A stretch of 43,074 bases of DNA from an uncultured Cytophagia bacterium (GTDB taxonomy: Bacteria > Zhuqueibacterota > Zhuqueibacteria > Residuimicrobiales > Oceaniaggregativiventaceae). Each line of letters opens with the position of its first letter. Within the stretch, counting starts at the first letter, position 1. The translations under genes were made by a program, and so were the position numbers. Positions 26,366 through 35,329 of this stretch are shown here, piece after piece. The notes beneath the pieces are model-generated. The model was not told the DNA's origin and searched no databases. It was given only the letters and a program-made list of their open reading frames with translations. The stretch is taken from contig CAZSOP010000001.1 of NCBI GenBank assembly GCA_964608385.1, forward strand, positions 1-43,074, in the 5' to 3' direction.

Positions 26366-27357
26366 TTATCAAAAGCGAGCACTGGAAAGCATTCAAACAG
26401 TTCATTGATCATCATCAGAGTTTCCTCATCACCACGCATATAAATCCGGACGGAGATGCAATCGGCAGTCAGATTGCACTTGGCCGTTATTTGAAACAAC
26501 GAGATAAAACCGTCTACCTCATGAATTGTGATCCAACGCCCAATTATTTTTCCTTTCTGGAAGCGGATGACAACATCGTGCGCTATCATTCGCCGACACA
26601 TCGCGATCTGGTCTCTGCGCTCGATGCCTGTATTGTGGTTGATATCAGTGACTGGAAGCGTTTGGGAGATTTGGGCAAAACCATTCGCAAATTCGGCATC
26701 CCAATAGGTTGTGTCGATCATCATATTCCTACAGATCTGCACGCGGATGTTCATCTGTCGGACCAGACTGCTTCATCCACGGGAGAGCTATTGTATGATT
26801 TTTTAAATTGGGTAAAGGCTGATTTTGATCAAAGCATGCTCAATGCTCTTTATACCTGTATATTGACGGATACTGGTTCATTCAGATTTGCAAACACCAC
26901 GTCGCGTACCCACGAGATTGTTGCAGACCTGTTGCGTCGAGGAGCGGCTTTTCGTACGGTTTACGAGCGTGTTTATGAGAGCTATTCGCCCAACCGGGCG
27001 AAATTAACCGGTCATCTGCTGGTTAACATGCAATTCAATGTGGATGGTCAACTGGCCTGGTTTGTATTGAGTCAGGAATTGCTAAATCAATATAATGTTG
27101 AAACCTGGGAAATCGAGGGGCTTTCCGAACTGCCGAGAAGTATTGCTGATGTTCAAATCAGCATGATGTTTATGGAGCTTATCGATGGTCGCACCAAAGT
27201 GAGTTTTCGTTCCAGAGGAAATGTTGCTGTTCATCAATTGGCCGGTCAATTCGGTGGTGGCGGTCATCCTTTTGCTGCAGGAGCAATGATCGAAAAATCT
27301 CCTGACAGAATCGTTGCCAAAGTGGTACAGGCTGCCAAAACATTATTGAGTCGCTAA
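26365..27357 (+). CDS. nrnA: DHH/DHHA1 phosphoesterase (NrnA-like oligoribonuclease / pAp phosphatase). The start codon is non-canonical or unresolved.
   Basis: The track ORF starts at TTG 26491. The same frame is open back to 26326 and encodes IIKSEHWKAFKQFIDHHQSFLITTHINPDGDAIGSQIALGRYL, which is the conserved N-terminus and DHH motifs I-II. Downstream motifs: VVDISD, GCVDHH (DHH), GGGHPFAAG (DHHA1). No ATG, GTG or TTG lies between 26326 and 26490. ATT 26365 or ATC 26368 follow AAGGAG (26355..26360). Confidence 0.8.
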   Translation: MIKSEHWKAFKQFIDHHQSFLITTHINPDGDAIGSQIALGRYLKQRDKTVYLMNCDPTPNYFSFLEADDNIVRYHSPTHRDLVSALDACIVVDISDWKRLGDLGKTIRKFGIPIGCVDHHIPTDLHADVHLSDQTASSTGELLYDFLNWVKADFDQSMLNALYTCILTDTGSFRFANTTSRTHEIVADLLRRGAAFRTVYERVYESYSPNRAKLTGHLLVNMQFNVDGQLAWFVLSQELLNQYNVETWEIEGLSELPRSIADVQISMMFMELIDGRTKVSFRSRGNVAVHQLAGQFGGGGHPFAAGAMIEKSPDRIVAKVVQAAKTLLSR

Positions 27358-27387
27358 ATTTCCGACCGGCGGAAGGAAAGAGTCAAT

Positions 27388-29838
27388 ATGGAATTGTTGG
27401 ACCGAAATAATCTGGATATTCTCAATCATATTGCCCAGACGATATCATCTGTTCAAAATCCGGTTGAGCTTTTTCAAAAAAGCAAGAGACTGCTCAAAAT
27501 ACTCATACCCTGTGATTTTCTATTGTACTTTATTTACGAACCTGATCAGGAGCTGTTTACGGCCCCTTATGCGCTGAATGAAGAAGAACGGCAGATTACG
27601 AATCAGGACGCCATATTTTATGATATTTTGAATTCTCGCCACGCCCGGGTCAGAAATGAAAACAAAGTGCCGGTTTACCCTGGTGTGAAATGCGAGTTAT
27701 ACGCTCCAATATATGACCATTTTCGGGTTTTTGGATGCCTCTATTTCGGCCGTACCCGCAACAACTATTTTTCCTATGCTGACATTCGGTTGGCTGAACA
27801 CGTTTCTATTCTTTATAGATTGCCCGTCGACCGTTTGCAAAAGGCATTCCTGGAGGAAAACTGGGGAGAAAAGGCGGAATATTGGCAAAGGATGTATCAT
27901 GATCTGATCGATGCCATCCCTTATCCAGCCGTTATCATCGGGGATGATATTCAGGTGAACAGGGAATTTCTCAATATCAGCGGATATTCGAAGGAGGAAT
28001 TTTCACTGAAATCGCTTGATCAAATCTGGCCTGATGCTGACATTGTAAAGGAAAATCCTCCGGCTTTATATCCGACCCATATCCACCATGCCAACGGAAC
28101 GAACGTAACCACACAGGCTTTGGTGAGGTCGATTGCGGAGCAGTCAAGTCAATATTTGGTCACATTTATCCCACAAAAGAGCGGCTCCTCCCTGGCAGCG
28201 AATATATTAAAACTCAAGCTTTATGACAAGGAAGAGGCTGATTTTGATGCGTTTTTCCCCTATTTCGCCGGCTTGTTGAGGGCGAAATACATCGTTTACG
28301 TGGATTTCGGCGAAAACAAAGCGGTTTATGCGTATACCTCCCAGGGTGGTGTGGCTTATGAAAAACTCGATCCGCTGTCCAAAGGCCCTTTTGAAGCGGT
28401 GCTGAAAAAGAAAAAAACAATGTTTATCCCTGATGTACACAACAATTCTTTTTTTTCACCCTGGACAAGGGCAGCCTTGAAGGCGAACTATCGATCTCTT
28501 GTCATGCTACCGATTTTTAGCGAAAAAAAAGCGCATGGATTGATCAATATATACTGGCAAAATGAACAAAAGTGGACAGAAGGCGACAAGAAAAATTTTA
28601 CTCTTTTACAAAATTATCTTACCCTTTATATTTTTGCCAATATGAATTTATCCCGGGCTGACGATTTCCTGGCAAAAATGAACTGCTTACTCGGCATACA
28701 AAAAATATTTAACCGGGAAACGGATTTGCAGACGCTGGTGCGTTTAACTGCGGAGAAATTGTCTGATGTTATCCCATTTGATTATTTTTCTTTGAGTCTG
28801 ATCAATTCGGAAGACCAGTCTACAACTTGTTATGATTTCGCCCTGAAGAGATTTCACCAGCAGTACCCGGATAAGATTAACTGGCAGGCGGTACCCGGTT
28901 CCTCTTTTGGTAACGTCCGGTCACTAAAGCAGAGCTCCGAACGGTTTCCCTTTTCGCTACCCGCAAAAACCAGTATTTTGTTGATGCATCAGGAAATCTA
29001 TTTGGGAAATATTGCTCTCGGACGTATTGATGATATCCCTTTTAAAAAGAGTCAGGTGCGTTTCCTCAGACAGCTGGCTATGCTTTTCTCTTTGGCTGTA
29101 CATCAGAGTCACCCGCAAGAACAATCTTCGGCTGTCCCGGAAAATCAGGTTAAAACGCTGGATGAAGATTTTATCTTTTCTGTTATTCACGACTTGAAAT
29201 CACCTCTACAGAGTTTGAAAAGTTTTCATGCGTTGCTGTACGAACGCACAGAATCCGATCTGTGCGACGAGGAAAAGTATTACTATGAACGCATTGTTGC
29301 TAACCTGGATAATATAGAGAATATCATCAATGATATTTTGGTGTTGTTTCGTATTGGTCATGAAAAAGAAGACGTTGGCGATTGTGATCTAAACCTTATT
29401 GTCGATAATGTAATCGAGTCGATGGAGGGGGCACTGGAGAAACAAAACATCCGGGTAGAGAAAGAAGAATTACCCGTTATTCGATACAGTCAAAGCGGTA
29501 TCACCCACATTTTTCAGAATTTGATATCGAACGCGGTTAAGGCTGTGATTAACCGTTCTTTGCCGTTCATTTCCATACAAAACAAGGAAACCCATGATCA
29601 TATATCTGTCCATGTCCGGGATAACGGCATTGGTATCGATGAGAAAGAGATGGAATTTATTTTCCGTCCGTTTTATACAAAATCTATTGATGGCTTGCCT
29701 TCTGGTTCCGGTTTCGGATTGACCATCACCAAAAAAATTCTCGATTTGCACGGCGGTCACATTGACGTCACATCCGCACCGGACAAAGGTACGACATTTA
29801 TGCTTTCATTTCCCAAAGAGATTGTAAAATCTGTATGA
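27388..29838 (+). CDS. Soluble multi-GAF/PAS sensor histidine kinase
   Basis: 816 aa with no TM helix. GAF-like segments include YAPIYDHFRVFGCLYFGR, SLVMLPIFSEKKAHGLINIYW and LLMHQEIYLGNIALGR. PAS-like: LIDAIPYPAVIIGDDIQVNREFLNISGYSKEEF. H-box: FSVIHDLKSPLQSL. HATPase_c: NLISNAVKA, VRDNGIGID, GSGFGLTITKKILDLHGG. Confidence 0.9.
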   Translation: MELLDRNNLDILNHIAQTISSVQNPVELFQKSKRLLKILIPCDFLLYFIYEPDQELFTAPYALNEEERQITNQDAIFYDILNSRHARVRNENKVPVYPGVKCELYAPIYDHFRVFGCLYFGRTRNNYFSYADIRLAEHVSILYRLPVDRLQKAFLEENWGEKAEYWQRMYHDLIDAIPYPAVIIGDDIQVNREFLNISGYSKEEFSLKSLDQIWPDADIVKENPPALYPTHIHHANGTNVTTQALVRSIAEQSSQYLVTFIPQKSGSSLAANILKLKLYDKEEADFDAFFPYFAGLLRAKYIVYVDFGENKAVYAYTSQGGVAYEKLDPLSKGPFEAVLKKKKTMFIPDVHNNSFFSPWTRAALKANYRSLVMLPIFSEKKAHGLINIYWQNEQKWTEGDKKNFTLLQNYLTLYIFANMNLSRADDFLAKMNCLLGIQKIFNRETDLQTLVRLTAEKLSDVIPFDYFSLSLINSEDQSTTCYDFALKRFHQQYPDKINWQAVPGSSFGNVRSLKQSSERFPFSLPAKTSILLMHQEIYLGNIALGRIDDIPFKKSQVRFLRQLAMLFSLAVHQSHPQEQSSAVPENQVKTLDEDFIFSVIHDLKSPLQSLKSFHALLYERTESDLCDEEKYYYERIVANLDNIENIINDILVLFRIGHEKEDVGDCDLNLIVDNVIESMEGALEKQNIRVEKEELPVIRYSQSGITHIFQNLISNAVKAVINRSLPFISIQNKETHDHISVHVRDNGIGIDEKEMEFIFRPFYTKSIDGLPSGSGFGLTITKKILDLHGGHIDVTSAPDKGTTFMLSFPKEIVKSV

Positions 29839-31661
29839 ATAAAAATACCTCAAAAATACTGATCATAGAAGATGATATCGATCAAGCGCACCTAATGGAG
29901 TTGATACTCGAACGCGCCAATGAAGATTTTAGCGTCGAGGTTGCGAATTCATATAGCAGGGGGCGTCTGCTGTTAAAATCAATTCGTTTTGACGCACTGG
30001 TTCTCGATTATCATTTGCCGGACAAGGATGGTCTGCAGATGTTACGGGAATTTAAAGAAAGCGGAATTACTCTACCCGTGGTGATGGTTACCGGTCAGGG
30101 AGATGAACGCGTGGCCGTAGAAGCCATGCGGCTCGGGGCGATGGATTATATCGTCAAGACCAAACAGGATTTGAATATTTTACCCCGTGTATTACAGCGT
30201 GTCATAAAAGAGCACAACCTTTCAGCACAGCTTAAAGTAAGCGAACAGCGTTATTTTGCTCTTTTTGACAAAGCCAATATCGCTATTTTTATCTTGTCGG
30301 CTCAGGACTATATTCTTTTAAATGTCAATAAACAATCATTGGATCTGAGCGGTTATGAAAAAGGGGAAATTCTGAACCGGTCATTTTCGCAGCTGTGTTC
30401 AAAATCTTCCAGTGAAGAGGTCAGAAAATTTTTTGATAACCTGATTCAAATCGGGCAATCTTCTTCCGACCAGATATCATTGGTCAGATCCGATCGGCGG
30501 CTCGTCCCCTGCGATATCAGCGGCAGTGTTGTGGCTATAGGGGAAAACCAGGTTATTCAATTGTTTGCCCGCGATATCAGTGAAAAAGTAAAAATGCAAA
30601 GGCAGCTCTATCTCAGCCGGCAGCGATTGATTTCTCTTTTTGACGGTATTACGGATTTAATTTCGGTTCAGGATCATCATCATCATCTGATCATGGGCAA
30701 TAAGAAATACGCCCAGATTGCCGCACAGCACACCAGCCGCGTTGTCGGGGAATTTTGTTATAAAGCGCTGTTTGGTCGCTCGGAACCCTGTGAGAATTGT
30801 CCGGCGGCAGAGACCTTAAAAAGAGGCAGGGCGGAGTTTGTGGAAATTTTTCATAAAGGGCGGACGTTTCATATCTGGACATATCCAATGGCCGGGCTGG
30901 ATGGTAAGCCTGAATTTTTGGTGGAATATGCCCGGGACGTGACCGAACAAAAGGAAATTGAAAAACAGCTCATTAAATCCGAAAAACTGGCCGCCGTCGG
31001 ATTGCTCTCTTCCGGTATTGCGCACGAGCTACGAAATCCGCTCAATATCATCGAAACGGCAAGATATACCATTGAAGAATTGTTCGGTCATAAAGACCAA
31101 GCCCTTGATCACAAACTCGGACTGATCAACAAAAGCGTACGACGGGCTTCGATCATCATCGATAATCTGCTGCAATTCTCCAAGCACTCGGAATATGAAA
31201 AGGAGAGAATTGATGTCGAGAAATTGCTCGATTCCACTCTTTCTCTGGTGGAAAAGGACGTGGGTTTACGCAACATTAATATTAATCGCCAATATAGCGG
31301 GGTCCCAAAAGTCTTTTTTAGCCTTGACTCTCTAAAACAGGTATTCCTGAATATCATCATCAATGCCGTTGAAGCGATGCCTGATGGAGGTAATTTTAAA
31401 ATCATTACCCGCCATCTGCAAGAAGAAACGGCCATATACATAGATTTTATCGATAACGGTGTCGGTATTTCCAAAGAGAATATCAAACATATATTTACTC
31501 CGTTTTTTTCGACAAAAAGCCAAAAGGGCGGAACCGGCTTGGGCCTTTATCTCTCCTATACGACCGTAAAAAAGGAGGGTGGCGATTTGTTCGTTAAAAG
31601 TCGTAAAGGCGACGGAACCTCTTTTACGGTAAAGGTGCCGGTAGCGGTCGAGTCAGCCTGA
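29835..31661 (+). CDS. Hybrid response regulator / histidine kinase (REC-PAS-PAS(Cys motif)-HisKA-HATPase_c)
   Basis: There is a 4-nt ATGA overlap with the upstream kinase. REC: KILIIEDDIDQAHLM, DALVLDYHLPDKDG, VVMVTGQGD, AMDYIVK. H-box: GIAHELRNPLNII. HATPase_c: NIIINAVEAM, DNGVGI, GGTGLGLYLSYTTV. Confidence 0.9.
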   Translation: MNKNTSKILIIEDDIDQAHLMELILERANEDFSVEVANSYSRGRLLLKSIRFDALVLDYHLPDKDGLQMLREFKESGITLPVVMVTGQGDERVAVEAMRLGAMDYIVKTKQDLNILPRVLQRVIKEHNLSAQLKVSEQRYFALFDKANIAIFILSAQDYILLNVNKQSLDLSGYEKGEILNRSFSQLCSKSSSEEVRKFFDNLIQIGQSSSDQISLVRSDRRLVPCDISGSVVAIGENQVIQLFARDISEKVKMQRQLYLSRQRLISLFDGITDLISVQDHHHHLIMGNKKYAQIAAQHTSRVVGEFCYKALFGRSEPCENCPAAETLKRGRAEFVEIFHKGRTFHIWTYPMAGLDGKPEFLVEYARDVTEQKEIEKQLIKSEKLAAVGLLSSGIAHELRNPLNIIETARYTIEELFGHKDQALDHKLGLINKSVRRASIIIDNLLQFSKHSEYEKERIDVEKLLDSTLSLVEKDVGLRNININRQYSGVPKVFFSLDSLKQVFLNIIINAVEAMPDGGNFKIITRHLQEETAIYIDFIDNGVGISKENIKHIFTPFFSTKSQKGGTGLGLYLSYTTVKKEGGDLFVKSRKGDGTSFTVKVPVAVESA

Positions 31662-31671
31662 TTAGAGATAT

Positions 31672-31691
31672 CCGGCTCCTTCGGGAGTCGG
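31672..31691 (+). terminator. Stable UUCG-tetraloop hairpin after the kinase pair. It may be a terminator or RNA-stability element, but it lacks a U tract.
   Basis: CCGGCTCC TTCG GGAGTCGG forms 8 bp including one G-U pair, 10 nt after the stop at 31661. It is followed by TCGACATAG, so it is not a canonical intrinsic terminator. Confidence 0.3.
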
Positions 31692-31763
31692 TCGACATAG
31701 ATATTGACATGAAGATATATAATCATTAAATTAACCGGGTTTTACAAGAATAAAGGAATAGAG

Positions 31764-32738
31764 TTGGATATCGATATGATTGTTCGTCCTGTTGAGAAAG
31801 ATCTGGCTCAATTTGAGAAAAATTTCCCAAAATTGCTTCATTCCAATGTGCCCCTGGCTGAACAGGTGGTGCAATATATTGCCGGAAGACGGGGAAAAAG
31901 ATTACGTCCTTTGACCGTGTTACTTGCAGCCCGGTTACACGGAGATATCAACGATCAGACCATGAAGATGTGTTATGTGGTGGAGTTGCTGCAAACCGCC
32001 ACGCTGGTGCATGATGATGTGGTCGATAATTCCAATGAGAGACGTGGATCCCCCACGGTCAATTATCTGTGGGATAATAAAATTTCGGTTTTGGTTGGAG
32101 ACTTTTTATTCTCCAAAACGCTAACCACATTGCTCGAGATAAAAAACCATACCGCTCTTGATATTTTTTCTCAAACCACCAAGCGCATCACCGAAGGTGA
32201 ATTGCTGCAAATTGAGCGGGCAGAGGATTGGAGCATCGACGAAGAGACCTATTTCGATCTTATTCAAAAAAAAACAGCTTCCCTTTTTAGCGCTTCTTGT
32301 CAATTGGGGGCATTATCGGTTGGCAGCGATCAACAGTCGCAGGAGTGGATGCATAAAGTCGGTGAATATTTTGGTATGGCATTTCAAATTCGCGATGACA
32401 TACTCGATTATACGGGCGATGAAAAGGTACTGGGTAAACCGGTGGGTAATGATATCCGGGAAAACAAGGTGACTCTTCCTCTGATCTATGCTTTGAGAAA
32501 TGCATCCCCCGAAAAAAACGCTGCAATGCTGCAGCTATTGGAAAAAGAACATATAAACAAAAATGATATTCATTCACTGGTTACCTTTGTTAAAGATGAA
32601 GGTGGGGTGGATTATTCGATGCGTCTGGTGCATTCCTGTGTAAAAAAAGCCCTGACTCTACTCGATGGCTACCCGCCATCTTTGCAAAAACAATCGTTCA
32701 TAGATTTAATCGAATTCACCCTTGACAGACAAAAATAG
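31764..32738 (+). CDS. ispB: Long-chain all-trans polyprenyl diphosphate synthase (IspB-like)
   Basis: The start is TTG 31764 or ATG 31776. Motifs: GGKRLRP, LVHDDVVDNSNERRG (first DDxxD), GMAFQIRDDILDY (second DDxxD), GKPVGNDIRENKVTLPLI. Confidence 0.88.
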   Translation: MDIDMIVRPVEKDLAQFEKNFPKLLHSNVPLAEQVVQYIAGRRGKRLRPLTVLLAARLHGDINDQTMKMCYVVELLQTATLVHDDVVDNSNERRGSPTVNYLWDNKISVLVGDFLFSKTLTTLLEIKNHTALDIFSQTTKRITEGELLQIERAEDWSIDEETYFDLIQKKTASLFSASCQLGALSVGSDQQSQEWMHKVGEYFGMAFQIRDDILDYTGDEKVLGKPVGNDIRENKVTLPLIYALRNASPEKNAAMLQLLEKEHINKNDIHSLVTFVKDEGGVDYSMRLVHSCVKKALTLLDGYPPSLQKQSFIDLIEFTLDRQK

Positions 32739-32812
32739 ATATCCCTGATCATTACATCGTGTTGTATTCGCTACAGTGGATGAATATTGATATGTTATGA
32801 AAGGATATAAAT

Positions 32813-33772
32813 ATGCCACGATCACTCGTCACAGGCGGTGCCGGATTTTTGGGTTCTCATTTATGCGAATATTTGTTAAAAAAGGGTCACCAGGTCATTG
32901 CCATGGACAACCTCTTGACCGGCACGGTGGGTAATATTGAACATTTACAAAGCGAGGATTTTCAATTTATAAAACACGATGTTACGGAATATATTTATAT
33001 TGGCGGAGCTGTTGATTATATATGGCATTTTGCTTCTCCCGCCAGTCCGCTGGATTATATGCAGCTACCGATTCATACGCTAAAGGTGGGCGCATTGGGT
33101 ACGCATAAGGCGCTGGGCCTCGCTCTGCAAAAAAAGGCCAGTTTTTTGCTTGCCTCAACATCAGAAGTATATGGTGATCCGCTGGTTCATCCGCAGCAGG
33201 AAACCTACTGGGGCAATGTCAATCCGGTAGGGCCACGCGGGGTTTATGATGAAGCAAAACGGTTCGGAGAAGCACTGACCATGGCCTATCATCGCCATAA
33301 TCATGTCGATACCAAAATTGTCCGCATTTTTAATACCTATGGTCCCCGTATGCGTCCCAACGACGGAAGGGCAATACCCACCTTTATACCCCAAGCCTTG
33401 AACGGAGATGCCCTGACCGTGTTCGGCGATGGTCATCAAACGCGCAGTTTTTGTTACGTAGAGGATTTGATCGATGGTATATACCGGTTGATGATGTCTG
33501 AATATCACCAGCCGGTAAATATTGGAAATCCGCACGAGATGACGATCCGGCAAATCGCCGAATTGATTATCGAGTTGATCAAAAGCCCGAGTAAAATCAT
33601 CAAAAAACCGTTGCCGGTGGATGATCCCAAAGTGAGGCAACCTGACATTAAACTGGCCAAAGAGTTGCTGGGCTGGGAACCACAATTTCCAATCAAAGAT
33701 GGATTATCAAAAACGATAGACTGGTTTGCCGCAGTGCTCGGTCCCAAAAGGAATACCAGAAAAAACAAGTGA
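32813..33772 (+). CDS. UDP-glucuronate decarboxylase (UDP-xylose synthase), SDR family
   Basis: Motifs: [93 protein letters not shown]. Confidence 0.88.
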   Translation: MPRSLVTGGAGFLGSHLCEYLLKKGHQVIAMDNLLTGTVGNIEHLQSEDFQFIKHDVTEYIYIGGAVDYIWHFASPASPLDYMQLPIHTLKVGALGTHKALGLALQKKASFLLASTSEVYGDPLVHPQQETYWGNVNPVGPRGVYDEAKRFGEALTMAYHRHNHVDTKIVRIFNTYGPRMRPNDGRAIPTFIPQALNGDALTVFGDGHQTRSFCYVEDLIDGIYRLMMSEYHQPVNIGNPHEMTIRQIAELIIELIKSPSKIIKKPLPVDDPKVRQPDIKLAKELLGWEPQFPIKDGLSKTIDWFAAVLGPKRNTRKNK

Positions 33773-34806
33773 TTTTATCCCCAAAACATATACTTGTTAT
33801 TCGTTTTTCCTCGATTGGTGATATTGTTTTAACCTTTCCGTTATTGCGGATGCTTAAAAACAAATTTCCCAATGCCGAAATAGATTATATTGTCAAAACC
33901 CAATATGCAGAACTGGTTGAAAAAAATCCGTTCATTGATAGATTATATCGATTTGATAAAAGAGACGGATGTTTTCCTCTTTTACGGATCCGAAAGGCGG
34001 TTCAAAAACAAGAGTATGATCTGATTGTCGATTTGCAAAGCAATTTTCGCAGCTTTATTGTCAAAGTTTTTCAGAATACCCGGGTGGTCTCTTATAAAAA
34101 ACCATTTATCAACAGATTACTTTTGGTTCACTTAAAATATAACCGTTTTACGCATGCCAAGCCTGTTTATCAGCGTTATATTGATAGTCTTGATGCAACC
34201 GAAAAAGCCGAACCCTGTTTCATCCTGGACAGAGCTACATGTGCTTTGGTCAATAACCGGTTGACAGAGCAGGGATTTCGGCATAGAGAGATGAATGTCG
34301 CTTTTCTGCCGGGAGCCGGAAAAGCGACAAAACGATGGCCGGCGGATTATTATGCTCAATTGGGTGGGTTGTTGAGTCATCAGCCGCTGGTAAAAATCTG
34401 GGTAATCGGCGATGAAAGGGACAGAGAGACGGCTGCAGAGATATACCGCGCCATTCCCGGTCGCTGTATCGATCTGAGCGGTAAATTTTCCCTTATGGAA
34501 TCAGCTTGTGCACTGTCGAAAATGGATGCTGTTGTCAGCAATGACAGCGGATTTATGCATATCGCCGATGCCCTGCAAAAGCCTGTGATCGCTATCTTTG
34601 GTCCCACCACAACGGAATTCGGCTTTTATCCCCGGAACGCCGACGCAAGGGTGATTGAGCATAAAGATCTTTACTGCCGTCCCTGTTCTCATGTGGGACC
34701 GGATCAATGTCCGGAGAAGCATTTCCGGTGTATGCGGGATATCAAGCCGGAGATTGTGTACAATCGAATTGTTGAACATATTCTGCCTGTCACCGGTAAA
34801 GTATGA
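33769..34806 (+). CDS. Glycosyltransferase family 9 (LPS heptosyltransferase-like)
   Basis: GTG start overlaps the UXS stop by 4 nt. Motifs: [89 protein letters not shown]. Confidence 0.88.
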   Translation: MILSPKHILVIRFSSIGDIVLTFPLLRMLKNKFPNAEIDYIVKTQYAELVEKNPFIDRLYRFDKRDGCFPLLRIRKAVQKQEYDLIVDLQSNFRSFIVKVFQNTRVVSYKKPFINRLLLVHLKYNRFTHAKPVYQRYIDSLDATEKAEPCFILDRATCALVNNRLTEQGFRHREMNVAFLPGAGKATKRWPADYYAQLGGLLSHQPLVKIWVIGDERDRETAAEIYRAIPGRCIDLSGKFSLMESACALSKMDAVVSNDSGFMHIADALQKPVIAIFGPTTTEFGFYPRNADARVIEHKDLYCRPCSHVGPDQCPEKHFRCMRDIKPEIVYNRIVEHILPVTGKV

Positions 34807-34827
34807 TTATTATCACGGGTGAACATA

Positions 34828-34857
34828 GGCGAAAGACCGGAGGGTCCGCCCTTTTAT
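34828..34857 (+). terminator. Probable intrinsic terminator after the UXS-GT9 pair
   Basis: GGCG-aaa-GACC GGAG GGTC-CGCC followed by CTTTTAT. That is an 8-bp GC-rich stem with a 3-nt bulge, a 4-nt loop and a short T tract, 22 nt after the GT9 stop. Confidence 0.45.
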
Positions 34858-34918
34858 CAAATTGAGCCAGGGAGAGCATCTCTATGCTTTTCTATTACGA
34901 AAAAAGTTTGTATATTTT

Positions 34919-35329
34919 ATGTTGAACAACCAAACAGCCGGAGGAAATACATATTTGAAGTCTAAGGAACTTGCCGACCATGTGGCACAAGCCGTTTTAA
35001 AGAAAAAGGCAACCGACGTTATCATTATGGATATAAGCAAATTGACCTCCATGGCCGATTATTTCGTCGTATGTACGGTGGACAGTGATATTCAGGCTAA
35101 AGCGGTAGTCGATCATACTTTGGAAAAATTGCGACAACACAGGATTAAACCGTGGCATAGCGAAGGCCGGATGAGTTATCAGTGGGTTTTGGTTGATTTT
35201 GTCGATGTTGTTGTGCATGTTTTTTTACCGGAAAAGCGAAAATTTTATAATTTGGAACGGTTATGGGGAGATGCCGTGATAAAGGAGATTAAAGATTCCG
35301 ATGGATTTACAGAAACATATCAGAAATAG
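34919..35329 (+). CDS. rsfS: Ribosome silencing factor RsfS (IojAP family)
   Basis: The track ORF begins at TTG 34862. I prefer ATG 34919. Motifs: KKATDVIIMDISKLTSMADYFVVCTVDSDIQAKAV, WVLVDFVDVVVHVFLPEKRKFYNLERLWGDA. Confidence 0.9.
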   Translation: MLNNQTAGGNTYLKSKELADHVAQAVLKKKATDVIIMDISKLTSMADYFVVCTVDSDIQAKAVVDHTLEKLRQHRIKPWHSEGRMSYQWVLVDFVDVVVHVFLPEKRKFYNLERLWGDAVIKEIKDSDGFTETYQK

